Assembly: GCA_049323295.1 (NCBI GenBank)
Contig: JBMOON010000040.1
Location: forward strand, 173,188-237,187
Reading direction: 5' to 3'
Origin: Pseudomonadota bacterium
Lineage (GTDB): Bacteria; Pseudomonadota; Gammaproteobacteria; Pseudomonadales; JADFDG01
DNA: 64,000 nt
The translations under genes and the position numbers were made by a program. A model generated the notes under the pieces. It was not told the DNA's origin and ran no database searches. It was given only the letters and a program-made list of their open reading frames with translations. Below, piece by piece: positions 51,358 through 62,644 of the stretch (positions within the stretch are counted from its first letter, which is position 1; the number at the start of each line of letters is the position of its first letter).

Positions 51358-51714
51358 TCAGGAGCCGCCCAGGCCGCTCAGTTCGCGGTCCATCAGGTCC
51401 GGATCGCCGAGGTTGAGTTCCAGCAGGCGGCGCAGGTGCGCCAGCGACTCCATGTCGATGCGATCGATGCGCAGGCCGGCGCGGGTGCCGGTCACGTGCA
51501 TCACCACGCATTCCATCTCGATCGCGAGCTCGTCGCCCAGCAGCAGGGTGGCACGGCAGGGATCGCCACCGGCCATGCCGCCTTCGGCCGGCGTGACCAC
51601 CAACAGGCCCTTGAGCGACACGTCGATCAGTTCGGTGACGTGGTCGACGCCGTTCACCTCGAGATGAACCTCGGCATCGAACGGCACCCGGGTGTAGCGG
51701 CGCTTGTCGGTCAT
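51358..51714 (-). CDS. Single-domain PilZ c-di-GMP receptor, MapZ (PA4608)-like
   Basis: Start at MTDKRRYTRVPF (51714). Canonical RxxxR (RRYTR) and DxSxxG (DVSLKG) motifs. The C-terminus IDMESLAHLRRLLELNLGDPDLMDRELSGL parallels P. aeruginosa PA4608 ([30 protein letters not shown], from memory). Adjacent to radA, as in PAO1. Confidence 0.8.
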   Translation of the reverse strand: MTDKRRYTRVPFDAEVHLEVNGVDHVTELIDVSLKGLLVVTPAEGGMAGGDPCRATLLLGDELAIEMECVVMHVTGTRAGLRIDRIDMESLAHLRRLLELNLGDPDLMDRELSGLGGS

Positions 51715-51740
51715 GGCGACCCCCGTTTCCCTGCGGCCCT

Positions 51741-53405
<1,665 letters not shown>

Positions 53406-53433
53406 CGGGGTACCGGAAAGGACTGGTGGGGCG

Positions 53434-53464
53434 GGGTGGACGGGACGGCGCGCATTCTACCGGA
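53434..53464. repeat. Left arm of a 31-bp inverted repeat (contains TAGAATGCGCGCC on the minus strand, facing ettA)
   Basis: GGGTGGACGGGACGGCGCGCATTCTACCGGA. Its partner at 53553-53583 is the reverse complement with 30/31 identity. Confidence 0.9.
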
Positions 53465-53552
53465 TGGGTGCGGCCGGGCGGGGACAGGGGGTGCCGGCTG
53501 AGGGTTTTTCAGCGTCCGGGTGAGGGGAATCGGCGGGTCAGCCGGGCACGGC

Positions 53553-53583
53553 TCCGGTAGAATGCGCGCCGTCCCGCCCACCC
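53553..53583. repeat. Right arm of a 31-bp inverted repeat (contains TAGAATGCGCGCC on the plus strand, facing glyA)
   Basis: TCCGGTAGAATGCGCGCCGTCCCGCCCACCC. TAGAAT at 53558-53563 lies 70 nt upstream of the glyA ATG. Confidence 0.9.
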
Positions 53584-53632
53584 CTGCCGGCCCTGCAGGC
53601 CAGTCCGGCCCGATGTCTCCGAGGTCCCGCCC

Positions 53633-54889
53633 ATGTTCAGCAAAGACCAGACGATCGCCTCCTACGACGCCGACCTGTACAACGCCATGCAGGGCGAGAA
53701 GAAGCGCCAGGAAGCGCACATCGAGCTGATCGCCTCCGAGAACTACACCTCGCCGCGCGTGCTGGAAGCCCAGGGGTCGGTGCTGACCAACAAGTACGCC
53801 GAAGGCTACCCGCAGAAGCGCTACTACGGCGGTTGCGAGTACGTGGACGTCGTCGAGCAGCTGGCCATCGACCGCGCGAAGCAACTGTTCGGTGCCGATT
53901 ACGCCAACGTGCAGCCGCACGCCGGGTCGCAGGCCAACAGCGCGGTGTTCATGGCGCTGCTGAACCCGGGCGACACCGTGCTGGGCATGTCGCTGGCGCA
54001 CGGCGGCCACCTGACGCACGGCGCCAAGGTGAACTTCTCCGGCAAGCACTACAACGCCGTGCAGTACGGCCTGAACCCGGCCACCGGCGAGATCGACTAC
54101 GACGAAGCCGCGCGGCTGGCCAAAGAGCACAAGCCGAAAATGGTGATCGCCGGCTTCTCCGCATACTCGCGCGTGGTCGACTGGCAGAAGTTTCGTGAAA
54201 TCGCCGATTCCGTCGGCGCATACCTGATGGTCGACATGGCGCACGTCGCCGGCCTCGTTGCCGCCGGCGTCTACCCGAACCCGACGCAGATCGCCGACGT
54301 CACCACCACCACCACGCACAAGACGCTGCGCGGTCCGCGTTCCGGCCTGATCCTCGCGAAGAAGAACGAAGAGATCGAGAAGAAGCTCAACAGCGCCGTG
54401 TTCCCGGGCGGCCAGGGCGGCCCGCTGATGCACGTGATTGCCGCCAAGGCCGTGTGCTTCAAGGAGGCGATGGAGCCGGCGTTCAAGGATTACCAGAAAC
54501 AGGTCGTCGCCAATGCCCGCAAAATGGCCGGCGTGTTCCAGTCGCGCGGTTTCGACATTGTGTCCGGCGGCACCGACAATCACCTGTTCCTGCTGGATCT
54601 GATCAAGAAAGACATCACCGGCAAGGACGCGGATGCGGCGCTGGGCAAGGCGCACATCACGGTCAACAAGAATGCGGTACCGAACGATCCGCGCTCGCCG
54701 TTCGTGACCTCCGGCATCCGCATCGGCACGCCGGCGATCACCACCCGCGGCTTCAGGGAAGCCGAAGCGGCGGAGCTCACCGGCTGGATCTGCGACATCC
54801 TTGACAACATGAACGACGAAAGCGTCATCAACGGCGTGCGGGCGAAGGTCGAGGCGATCTGCAAGAAATTCCCGGTGTACCAGGCCTGA
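53633..54889 (+). CDS. glyA: Serine hydroxymethyltransferase
   Basis: [30 protein letters not shown] and [14 protein letters not shown] (PLP lysine). Confidence 0.97.
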   Translation: MFSKDQTIASYDADLYNAMQGEKKRQEAHIELIASENYTSPRVLEAQGSVLTNKYAEGYPQKRYYGGCEYVDVVEQLAIDRAKQLFGADYANVQPHAGSQANSAVFMALLNPGDTVLGMSLAHGGHLTHGAKVNFSGKHYNAVQYGLNPATGEIDYDEAARLAKEHKPKMVIAGFSAYSRVVDWQKFREIADSVGAYLMVDMAHVAGLVAAGVYPNPTQIADVTTTTTHKTLRGPRSGLILAKKNEEIEKKLNSAVFPGGQGGPLMHVIAAKAVCFKEAMEPAFKDYQKQVVANARKMAGVFQSRGFDIVSGGTDNHLFLLDLIKKDITGKDADAALGKAHITVNKNAVPNDPRSPFVTSGIRIGTPAITTRGFREAEAAELTGWICDILDNMNDESVINGVRAKVEAICKKFPVYQA

Positions 54890-54918
54890 GCTGCTGACGC
54901 CACCGCGGGGACCGCACG

Positions 54919-55374
54919 ATGCACTGCCCGTTCTGCAACGCCGAAGACACCAAGGTGATCGACTCGCGCCTTGTCGCCGACGGGGCGCAGGTGCGTCGCC
55001 GCCGCGAATGCCAGCAGTGCAGCGAGCGTTTCACCACCTACGAAACCGCCGAGCTGGTGATGCCGCGCATCGTCAAGCGCGACGGCACGCGGGTGCCGTT
55101 CGACGAGAACAAGCTGCGCGCCAGTATCCAGACCGCCCTGCAGAAGCGGCCGGTGAGCAGTGAGGAAGTCGAGGCGGCGATCACCCATATCGGCGCCCGC
55201 CTGCGTGCCACCGGCGAGCGCGAAATAGCGTCGTCGGTGGTGGGCGAGGCGGTGATGGAAGAGCTGCGCAAACTGGACGACGTGGCCTACGTGCGCTTCG
55301 CGTCGGTGTATCGCAACTTCAAGGACATCAACGAATTCCGCGCCGAAGTCGAGCGGCTGGAAAAGGGCGACTGA
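54919..55374 (+). CDS. nrdR: Transcriptional repressor NrdR
   Basis: [36 protein letters not shown] Zn-ribbon plus ATP-cone. Confidence 0.95.
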   Translation: MHCPFCNAEDTKVIDSRLVADGAQVRRRRECQQCSERFTTYETAELVMPRIVKRDGTRVPFDENKLRASIQTALQKRPVSSEEVEAAITHIGARLRATGEREIASSVVGEAVMEELRKLDDVAYVRFASVYRNFKDINEFRAEVERLEKGD

Positions 55375-55387
55375 ACTCGTCTGCCGC

Positions 55388-55957
55388 TCAGTTGCCGCGT
55401 TCCGTCGCCGCTTTCTGTCGCGACCGGCGCGCCAGCCCCGCCAGCACCAGCAGCAGCCCGATCACCACCAGCGCCGGCACCAGGAACGCCAGAATGGTGG
55501 CGATCAGCGCGCCCACCCATTCCAGCGTGGCGACCACGGGATTGCCGAGGCCGCCGGTGAGTGCCGTCGACGCCGCGCGGGCAACCACCGATCCGGCCTG
55601 TACGGCACCGGCCGCGCCGCCGCCGGCAATCAGCGCCAGTCCCCATTTCAGCAGCGGATCGTCGATGCCGGACAGCATGGCGGCGGTCGCCAGCGTGCCG
55701 GCGATGATCGCCATCGGTGTCGTGAAGGCGTCGAGGATGTGATCCAGCAGGGGCAGGTAGTAGGCGGCGATTTCCAGCAGCGTGGCCGTTGCCAGCGCCA
55801 CCAGCGCGGCGTCGGTGAGCAGCCAGCCGAAATCCTCGCCCGGCGTCACGTTGCCGAAACGGGCGGCGAGAGCGAGCCCGAGCAGCGGCAGGAAGACGCG
55901 GAAGCCGCAGGCAGCGGCGAGACCGATGCCGATCAGCAGGGCATAGACGAGATCCAT
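55388..55957 (-). CDS. DUF4126-family inner membrane protein
   Basis: MDLVYALLIGIGLAAACGFRVFLPLLGLALA. Gly/Ala-rich polytopic protein. The pattern is typical of DUF4126 as I recall it. Confidence 0.7.
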   Translation of the reverse strand: MDLVYALLIGIGLAAACGFRVFLPLLGLALAARFGNVTPGEDFGWLLTDAALVALATATLLEIAAYYLPLLDHILDAFTTPMAIIAGTLATAAMLSGIDDPLLKWGLALIAGGGAAGAVQAGSVVARAASTALTGGLGNPVVATLEWVGALIATILAFLVPALVVIGLLLVLAGLARRSRQKAATERGN

Positions 55958-56003
55958 GGGCGCTCCGTGCGTGGTGGCCGGCGGGTGGCGGCCGCTCCGT
56001 AAT

Positions 56004-57563
56004 CTATGCCGGTTTGCGCTGTCCGAGAACTTCGCGCACCTTGCGCGCCAGCGAGTCCGGCGTGAACGGTTTCTGCAGGAATGCCGCCTGCGCCAGTTCG
56101 ATCCCGTGGCGCACGGCCGCGTCGTCGGTATAGCCGGACACGTACATGGTGCGGATGCCCGGCCGCAGTGCGCGGACCGCCGCCGCCACCTTGCCGCCGC
56201 CCATGTCCGGCATGATCACGTCGGAGATCAGCAGGTGGATCGGGCCAGGGTGCTTTTCGCAGATGCGCACGGCTTCCTGCCCGTGGCGCGCTTCCAGCAC
56301 GGTGTAACCGGCCAGCTGCAACGCCAGCGATGTCACCGCACGAACCTGTTCGTCGTCCTCGACCAGCAGGATGGTTTCGTCGCCGGCCGGTACCGGGTCG
56401 CTGTCGATCACCAGCGGAGCCGAGAGGTCTTCGTGCACCAGCGGCAGGTAGATCTTGAAGGTGCTGCCGTGCCCGGGCTCGCTGTACACCCAGACGAAAC
56501 CGCCGCTTTGTCTGACGATGCCGAACACTGTCGCCAGCCCGAGGCCGGTCCCCTTGCCCGGCGCCTTGGTGGTGAAGAACGGTTCGAAGATCCGCGCCTG
56601 CGTGGCCTTGTCCATGCCGTGGCCAGTGTCGCTGACCGCCAGCATCGCGTAGCGTCCGGGCGCCACTTCCGGGTGCGTGTCGGCGTAATCAGCGCCCAGT
56701 TCCACCGCTTCGGTTTCGATGGCCAGCCGTCCGCCCTGCGGCATCGCATCACGGGCGTTGATTGCCAGGTTCATGATGACCTGCCCGATCTGCCCGGGGT
56801 CCGCCTTGATGTTGCCGAGGTCCGGCGCGGTACGGATGACCAGCGTGATGTCTTCGCCGATCAGGCGCCGCAACAGCTTCTCCGTGTTGCCGACAACCTC
56901 GTTGAGATCGATGATCCGTGGCTCCATTACCTGCTGGCGGCTGAAGGCGAGCAGTTGCCGGGTGAGCGTGGCGGCGCGCTCGCCGGCCTGTTTGATCTGC
57001 TGGATCGTCGTATGGTCCGGATCGGGTGGCGGACGGCGAGCCATGAGCATGTCGCTGGCGATGATGATCACCGTCAGCAGGTTGTTGAAGTCGTGCGCCA
57101 CGCCGGCGGCCAGACGACCGATCGCTTCCATTTTCTGCGATTGCCGCAGGTGTTCTTCCGTGCGGCGCAGGTTCGCTTCGGCGTTCTTGCGCTCGGTGAT
57201 GTCGACCGACAGGATGAAAATGCCCTGCGCGACCGGCTCGCAACGCACTTCGAACCAGCCGGTCGTGCCGCCCGGGAAGGTGAATTCGACTTCCATGTAA
57301 CCGGGTGTGCGCACTTCCATGCAGGTTTTGAGCATGGCGTATACCGGCGTCGCCTCAATGCCGGGATACATCTCCATCATGGTGCGACCTATGAACTGGT
57401 CGCGTTCGCCCAGACGGTTCTGCTGCACGGCAGCATCGTTCAGATAGCGATAACGCCAGTCGAAATCGATCACCTGACAGGCTTCGAGCAGGTGATCGAG
57501 CAGCGACAGGTAACGGCCGTCGCTCGCGATGCCGATATCGTCGGCGGACGCGGAATCGTCCAT
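56004..57563 (-). CDS. Cytoplasmic hybrid sensor histidine kinase (PAS, HisKA, HATPase_c, REC)
   Basis: PAS (LLDHLLEACQVIDFDWRYRYLN..), H-box (LAAGVAHDFNNLL), N/G boxes (NLAINARDAM, DTGHGMD, GKGTGLGL) and receiver (ILLVEDDEQVR..LLISDVIMPDMGG). No TM segment. The start is uncertain (Met at 57563, 57587 or 57656). Confidence 0.85.
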   Translation of the reverse strand: MDDSASADDIGIASDGRYLSLLDHLLEACQVIDFDWRYRYLNDAAVQQNRLGERDQFIGRTMMEMYPGIEATPVYAMLKTCMEVRTPGYMEVEFTFPGGTTGWFEVRCEPVAQGIFILSVDITERKNAEANLRRTEEHLRQSQKMEAIGRLAAGVAHDFNNLLTVIIIASDMLMARRPPPDPDHTTIQQIKQAGERAATLTRQLLAFSRQQVMEPRIIDLNEVVGNTEKLLRRLIGEDITLVIRTAPDLGNIKADPGQIGQVIMNLAINARDAMPQGGRLAIETEAVELGADYADTHPEVAPGRYAMLAVSDTGHGMDKATQARIFEPFFTTKAPGKGTGLGLATVFGIVRQSGGFVWVYSEPGHGSTFKIYLPLVHEDLSAPLVIDSDPVPAGDETILLVEDDEQVRAVTSLALQLAGYTVLEARHGQEAVRICEKHPGPIHLLISDVIMPDMGGGKVAAAVRALRPGIRTMYVSGYTDDAAVRHGIELAQAAFLQKPFTPDSLARKVREVLGQRKPA

Positions 57564-57746
57564 GGTCTGCTCCGGGTGACACGCCATGTTGCCAGCCGCC
57601 GCGCGGGTCGCGGCGGCCGATGGTTGCCGTCGTTGGCCTCCGGATGGTCGCGTCATGCCCGATCGGGGTCAACTGCGGCTGCGGGCCATGCAGTGCACGA
57701 CGACGGGATTTCCGGGCGGTCCCGTGATTACGGTACTCTCCGCCCC

Positions 57747-58904
57747 ATGCATTTTCCGGCAGAAGATCACGTTTTCATGTCCCGCGCCCTGCAGCTTGCC
57801 GCGCGCGGACTGTACGGCACGGCGCCGAATCCCCGTGTGGGCTGTGTGGTCATCCGCGACGGTATTGTCGTCGGTGAAGGCTTTCACGCCCGGGCCGGCG
57901 AGCCGCATGCGGAAGTGCATGCGCTGCGTGCTGCCGGCGAGCGGGCACGCGGCGCCACGGTGTACGTGACGCTGGAGCCGTGCAGTCACCACGGCCGCAC
58001 CGGTCCCTGTGCCGACGCGCTGCTGGCGGCGGGACCGGCGCGCGTGGTGGTGGCGATGCAGGATCCGAATCCGCAGGTGAGTGGCCGCGGCATCGCGAAA
58101 TTGCGTGCCGCCGGCATCGCGGTCGATGTCGGCTTGCTGGAAAGCGAGGCGCGCTCGCTGAACGAAGGCTTCGTTGCGCGGATGACGCGCGGCACGCCGT
58201 TCGTGCGGGTGAAGCTGGCGATGAGCATCGACGGCCGGACGGCGATGGCCAACGGCGAGAGCCGCTGGATCACCGGTCCGGAGGCGCGCGAGGACGTGCA
58301 GAAGCTGCGTGCCCGCAGTGGCGCCGTCGTCACCGGCATCGGCACCCTGCTGGCCGACGATCCGGCGCTGACGGTGCGGGCCGCCGACTGGCGGTACGAC
58401 GATTACGCGACCGGCGGGACGCTGCCGGTACGGCAGCCGCTGCGCGTGCTGCTCGACCGCGACCTGCGGGCGTCGCCGTCGGCCCGGCTGTTCGCCGGCG
58501 ACGGGCCGGTGCTGGTGGTCGCGGAAGACCGCGTGCTGGCATCGGCGGCCGGTGCTGCCCGGGCGGCGGCGCTGGCCGCCCGGCCCGGCGTGGAGGTCAT
58601 GGCGCTGCCGGCGGGCGGCAACGGCGGCCTGGCCCTGCCGGCCCTGCTGGCCGAGCTGGGACGGCGCGAGGTCAACGAGTTGCTGGTGGAGGCGGGTGCC
58701 CGGCTGGCCGGGGCCTTCGTGGCCGGCGGCCTGGCTGACGAACTGGTGGTGTATGCCGCCCCGGTCCTGCTGGGCAGCACGGCCCGGCCGCTGCTGGAAC
58801 TGCCGCTGGCGGCGATGGCGGACAAGCAGCCGCTGACCCTGCGGGAGGTGCGCCAGCTCGGCGCCGACATTAGAATGACCGCCCGTTTTCCAGCCGCTCT
58901 TTGA
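57747..58904 (+). CDS. ribD: Bifunctional riboflavin biosynthesis deaminase/reductase RibD
   Basis: Embedded in the spurious 982-aa ORF 55956..58904. From MHFPAEDHVFMSRALQLA it is collinear with E. coli RibD (NPRVGCV, HAEVHAL, TLEPCSHHGRTGPC, DGRTAMANGESRWITGPEAR). Confidence 0.93.
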   Translation: MHFPAEDHVFMSRALQLAARGLYGTAPNPRVGCVVIRDGIVVGEGFHARAGEPHAEVHALRAAGERARGATVYVTLEPCSHHGRTGPCADALLAAGPARVVVAMQDPNPQVSGRGIAKLRAAGIAVDVGLLESEARSLNEGFVARMTRGTPFVRVKLAMSIDGRTAMANGESRWITGPEAREDVQKLRARSGAVVTGIGTLLADDPALTVRAADWRYDDYATGGTLPVRQPLRVLLDRDLRASPSARLFAGDGPVLVVAEDRVLASAAGAARAAALAARPGVEVMALPAGGNGGLALPALLAELGRREVNELLVEAGARLAGAFVAGGLADELVVYAAPVLLGSTARPLLELPLAAMADKQPLTLREVRQLGADIRMTARFPAAL

Positions 58905-58920
58905 CTGTCCCGGACCCCCC

Positions 58921-59586
58921 ATGTTCACCGGCATCATCCAGGCCGTCGGCACCGTTGCCGCCGTCGAGCACCGCGGCGGGGACCGGCGTTTCCGGTTGCG
59001 GACCGGCAAGCTCGATCTGGCCGATGTGGCGCTCGGCGACTCGATTGCGGTGAACGGGGTGTGTCTCACGGCTGTCGAGCTTCCCGGCGACGGTTTCGTC
59101 GCCGACGTATCCGGTGAAACGCTGTCGCGCACCACGCTGGGTGCGCTGGCGGTCGGCAGCCGGGTGAATCTCGAAAAGGCGCTGACGCCGACTACCCGCC
59201 TTGGCGGTCATCTGGTCAGCGGCCATGTCGACGGTGTCGGCCGTGTGCTCGTGCGCCGGCCGGATGCGCGTTCGGTGCAGTTCCGCATCGAGGCGCCGGC
59301 GCCGCTGGCGAAATACATCGCCGAAAAAGGCTCCATCTGCTGCGACGGCGTCAGCCTGACGGTGAATGCCGTCGACGGCGCCGCGTTCGACCTGAACATC
59401 GTGCCGCACACCATCGCCGAAACCGCCATCGATGGCTGGCAGCCCGGCGTCGCACTCAACCTGGAAGTGGACATCATCGCCCGTTACCTCGAGCGCCTGT
59501 TGCTGGGCGAGCGGGCCGCCGAAAGCCATACGCAAACCGGCGGGCTGACGCTGGCGAAACTCGCCGAACACGGATTTCTGAAATGA
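58921..59586 (+). CDS. ribE: Riboflavin synthase (alpha chain)
   Basis: MFTGIIQAVGTV .. GDSIAVNGVCLTA .. the internal repeat KGSICCDGVSLTV. Confidence 0.93.
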   Translation: MFTGIIQAVGTVAAVEHRGGDRRFRLRTGKLDLADVALGDSIAVNGVCLTAVELPGDGFVADVSGETLSRTTLGALAVGSRVNLEKALTPTTRLGGHLVSGHVDGVGRVLVRRPDARSVQFRIEAPAPLAKYIAEKGSICCDGVSLTVNAVDGAAFDLNIVPHTIAETAIDGWQPGVALNLEVDIIARYLERLLLGERAAESHTQTGGLTLAKLAEHGFLK

Positions 59587-60701
59587 GCCTGAATACCGTA
59601 CAGGAACTGATCGACGACATCCGGCGTGGCCGGATGGTGATCCTGATGGACGACGAGGACCGGGAGAACGAAGGCGACCTCATCCTCGCGGCCTCGCATG
59701 TCACGCCGGAAGCGGTCAATTTCATGGCTAGGCATGCGCGCGGCCTGATCTGCCTGACGCTGACCCAGGAGCGTTGCGCGCAGCTGGACATCGGCCCCAT
59801 GGTGTCGCGCAATGGCACTTCGCTGGGCACCAATTTCACCGCTTCGATCGAAGCGGCCAGCGGCGTTACCACCGGCATTTCCGCCGCGGATCGCGCGCAC
59901 ACCATCAAGGTGGCGGTGGCGCCGCACGCGAAGGCGAGCGACATCGTGTCGCCTGGCCACGTGTTCCCGCTGATGGCGCAGCAGGGCGGCGTGCTGCACC
60001 GTGCCGGGCACACCGAGGCCGGCTGCGATCTGGCGCGACTGGCGGGGCTGGAGCCGGCGGCGGTGATCGTCGAAATCATGAACGAGGACGGCACCATGGC
60101 GCGTCGTCCGGACCTGGAAAAATTCGCTGCGCTGCACAACCTGAAGATCGGCACCATTGCCGACCTGATCCACTACCGCATCATCCACGAACAGACCGTC
60201 ACCCGGATCGGCGAGCATCCGTTGTCGACCCAGTACGGCGAGTTCCGCATGATCACCTTCCGCGACGCCGTCGACGGCGTGATGCACGTGGCGCTGGTCA
60301 GCGGCGATATCAATGCGGCGACCGTGACCACGGTGCGGGTGCACCAGGTCGATCCGCTGCGTGACGTGCTGGGCGTCAAGCGCGACGGCCGCGTCGGCTG
60401 GAGCATCCAGCGCGCGCTGCAGGAGATCGCCGGTTGTCCGTCCGGCGTGGTGATCCTGCTGGCGCAGGATTTCTCCGCGCGCGACATCGAGGAGCGGATG
60501 ACCGAATACCTGGCCGGCCGCAGTACCGTGGCCCGCCGCGCCGACGGCATGGCGGTCTACCGTACGGTGGGTACCGGCTCGCAGATCCTGCGCCAGCTCG
60601 GCGTCACCCGCATGCGGCTGCTCAGCTCGCCGATCAAGTTCAACGCGATTTCCGGCTTCGATCTGGAAATCGTCGAATACGTAGAAGCCAAAGAGGATTG
60701 A
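59583..60701 (+). CDS. ribBA: 3,4-dihydroxy-2-butanone-4-phosphate synthase fused to a degenerate GTP cyclohydrolase II-like domain (RibBX type)
   Basis: The N-terminal DHBPS is intact ([30 protein letters not shown]). In the C-terminal domain, [21 protein letters not shown] replaces the E. coli RibA segment [20 protein letters not shown], so the three Zn-ligand Cys are absent. Confidence 0.9.
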   Translation: MSLNTVQELIDDIRRGRMVILMDDEDRENEGDLILAASHVTPEAVNFMARHARGLICLTLTQERCAQLDIGPMVSRNGTSLGTNFTASIEAASGVTTGISAADRAHTIKVAVAPHAKASDIVSPGHVFPLMAQQGGVLHRAGHTEAGCDLARLAGLEPAAVIVEIMNEDGTMARRPDLEKFAALHNLKIGTIADLIHYRIIHEQTVTRIGEHPLSTQYGEFRMITFRDAVDGVMHVALVSGDINAATVTTVRVHQVDPLRDVLGVKRDGRVGWSIQRALQEIAGCPSGVVILLAQDFSARDIEERMTEYLAGRSTVARRADGMAVYRTVGTGSQILRQLGVTRMRLLSSPIKFNAISGFDLEIVEYVEAKED

Positions 60702-60705
60702 AGCA

Positions 60706-61176
60706 ATGGCCGGTGTCCGTACCGTCGAGGGCGATTTCCGTAACTGCAGCGGTCGTTACGCGCTCGTCGTCTCCCGTTTCAACGCGTTCGTGGTGGAGAG
60801 CCTGCTGGCCGGCGCCATCGACACCCTGAAGCGCCACGGCATCAAGGATGCCGACATCGAGGTGTTCCGCGTGCCGGGTGCCTGGGAACTGCCGCTGACG
60901 GTCAGGCGCGTGGCGGCAACGAAGAAATTCGACGCCGTCGTGGCCCTCGGCGCGGTGATCCGCGGCGGCACGGCGCATTTTGAATACGTCGCGGGCGAGG
61001 CAGCCAAGGGCCTGGCATCGGTCGGCCTGAACGCCGACCTGCCGGTGATCTTCGGCGTGCTGACCGTCGACTCCATCGAACAGGCCATCGAGCGCAGCGG
61101 CACCAAGGCCGGCAACAAGGGTGCGGAAGCCGCCCTCGGTGCGCTGGAAATGGTCAGCCTGCTGAAGCAGATCTGA
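60706..61176 (+). CDS. ribH: 6,7-dimethyl-8-ribityllumazine synthase
   Basis: [44 protein letters not shown]. Confidence 0.95.
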   Translation: MAGVRTVEGDFRNCSGRYALVVSRFNAFVVESLLAGAIDTLKRHGIKDADIEVFRVPGAWELPLTVRRVAATKKFDAVVALGAVIRGGTAHFEYVAGEAAKGLASVGLNADLPVIFGVLTVDSIEQAIERSGTKAGNKGAEAALGALEMVSLLKQI

Positions 61177-61178
61177 AC

Positions 61179-61646
61179 GTGAACGACGAATCCGCGGTTC
61201 CTGCCGAAAATCCCGTCACGCCGGCGGCGCGCCGCAAGGCCCGTCGTTTCGCGCTGCAGTCGCTCTACACCTGGCAGATATCCGGCGAGGAGCCGCATGC
61301 CGTCGAGGCCTACTACCGGGCCGAGAACGACATGCGCAAGACCGATGTCGCCTATTTCCACGAGCTGTTCGTTTCCGTGGTGGCGCAGTCGACGGTGCTG
61401 GAAGAGGCATTCGCCGGACTGCTGGATCGCCCGGTGAAGGACATCGATCCGATCGAGCGCAACATCCTGCGCATCGCCGCCTATGAGCTGCAGCATCGTC
61501 TCGATGTGCCGGTACGGGTGGTGGTGAACGAAGGCATCGAGCTGGCCAAGGAGTTCGGCGCCACCGACGACAGCTACAAGTTCGTCAACGGCGTGCTCGA
61601 CAAGCTGGCCCGCCGGGCACGCGCCGCGGAATTCTCCGCGCGCTGA
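61179..61646 (+). CDS. nusB: Transcription antitermination factor NusB
   Basis: ARRKARRFALQSLYTWQISG .. ERNILRIAAYEL .. VVNEGIELAKEFG. GTG start. Confidence 0.93.
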   Translation: MNDESAVPAENPVTPAARRKARRFALQSLYTWQISGEEPHAVEAYYRAENDMRKTDVAYFHELFVSVVAQSTVLEEAFAGLLDRPVKDIDPIERNILRIAAYELQHRLDVPVRVVVNEGIELAKEFGATDDSYKFVNGVLDKLARRARAAEFSAR

Positions 61647-61669
61647 GCCGGGCAGACCGGAGCAGAACG

Positions 61670-62644
61670 ATGCCCGGCGAATTCGAACTCATCCGCCGCC
61701 ATTTCACCCGCGTCCGCGATGCAGCCGCCTCCGGCGTGCTGCTGGGCGTCGGCGACGACGCGGCGCTGCTGGCGCCGTCGCCCGGCATGGCGCTGGCGGC
61801 GAGCAGCGACACCCTGGTGAACGGCGTGCATTTTCCGGCCGACACGCCGGCCGCCGACATCGGCTGGAAGGCGCTGGCGGTGAATCTCTCCGATCTGGCG
61901 GCCATGGGCGCCGCGCCGCGTGCGGCATTGCTGGCACTTACGCTGCCGGCGGCCGATGACGCCTGGTGTGCGGAATTCGCCCGCGGTCTCTTCATGCTGG
62001 CCGATCAGGCCGGCTGTCCGCTGATCGGCGGCGACACCACGTCGGGACCGTTGTCGATCACCGTCACCGTGCTGGGCGAGGTGCCGGTTGACCAGGCGCT
62101 GCGCCGCCGCGGTGCGCGTCCCGGCGATCTGGTCTGTGTCAGCGGGTTTCCCGGCGAAGCGGCACTCGGTCTCGGGCGCTGGCGTGGCGGCAGCCGGGAT
62201 GTCGCGGACCCGGCAATCGCGCGCCTGCTGCGGCCGTCGCCGCGGCTGACGCTCGGCCTCGCGCTGCGCGGGGTGGCGACGGCCTGCATCGATGTTTCCG
62301 ACGGTCTGCTGGGCGATCTGGCGCATGTGCTCGCCGCGTCGGCAGTCGACGGGGTGGCGGGCGCCGACATCGATCTGGCGGCACTGCCGCGGTCGCCGGT
62401 GCTGGCGGCGCTGAGCGACGACACGGCACTCGACTGCGTGCTCGCCGGCGGCGACGATTACGAACTCTGTTTCACCGTGCCGGCGACGGCGCACGAGCGC
62501 CTGCCGCGCATCGCCGCTGAAACCGGCGTGCCGCTGACGGTGATCGGCCGCGTGACGGCCGGCGGCGGTCTGCGCTGCCTCGACACGCGCGGGCAGGTGC
62601 GTCCGGTGACGCGCCGCAGCTGGGAGCATTTCAATGGGCGGTGA
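61670..62644 (+). CDS. thiL: Thiamine-monophosphate kinase
   Basis: GEFELIRRHF .. GDDAALL .. NLSDLAAMGA .. GGDTT. Confidence 0.9.
   Translation: MPGEFELIRRHFTRVRDAAASGVLLGVGDDAALLAPSPGMALAASSDTLVNGVHFPADTPAADIGWKALAVNLSDLAAMGAAPRAALLALTLPAADDAWCAEFARGLFMLADQAGCPLIGGDTTSGPLSITVTVLGEVPVDQALRRRGARPGDLVCVSGFPGEAALGLGRWRGGSRDVADPAIARLLRPSPRLTLGLALRGVATACIDVSDGLLGDLAHVLAASAVDGVAGADIDLAALPRSPVLAALSDDTALDCVLAGGDDYELCFTVPATAHERLPRIAAETGVPLTVIGRVTAGGGLRCLDTRGQVRPVTRRSWEHFNGR

Noticed and set aside
53465-53552. A possible small ORF or sRNA in the 88-bp spacer between the inverted-repeat arms, which contains a T-run at 53505-53509.
   Set aside because: It has no start/RBS context and no hairpin preceding the T-run. 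The spacer is more simply the shared upstream region of two divergent promoters.
55956-57746. The N-terminal 597 codons of the 982-aa + strand ORF 55956..58904.
   Set aside because: Only the part from 57747 onward is RibD. The upstream part is antisense to the well-supported hybrid histidine kinase and has junk-like composition.
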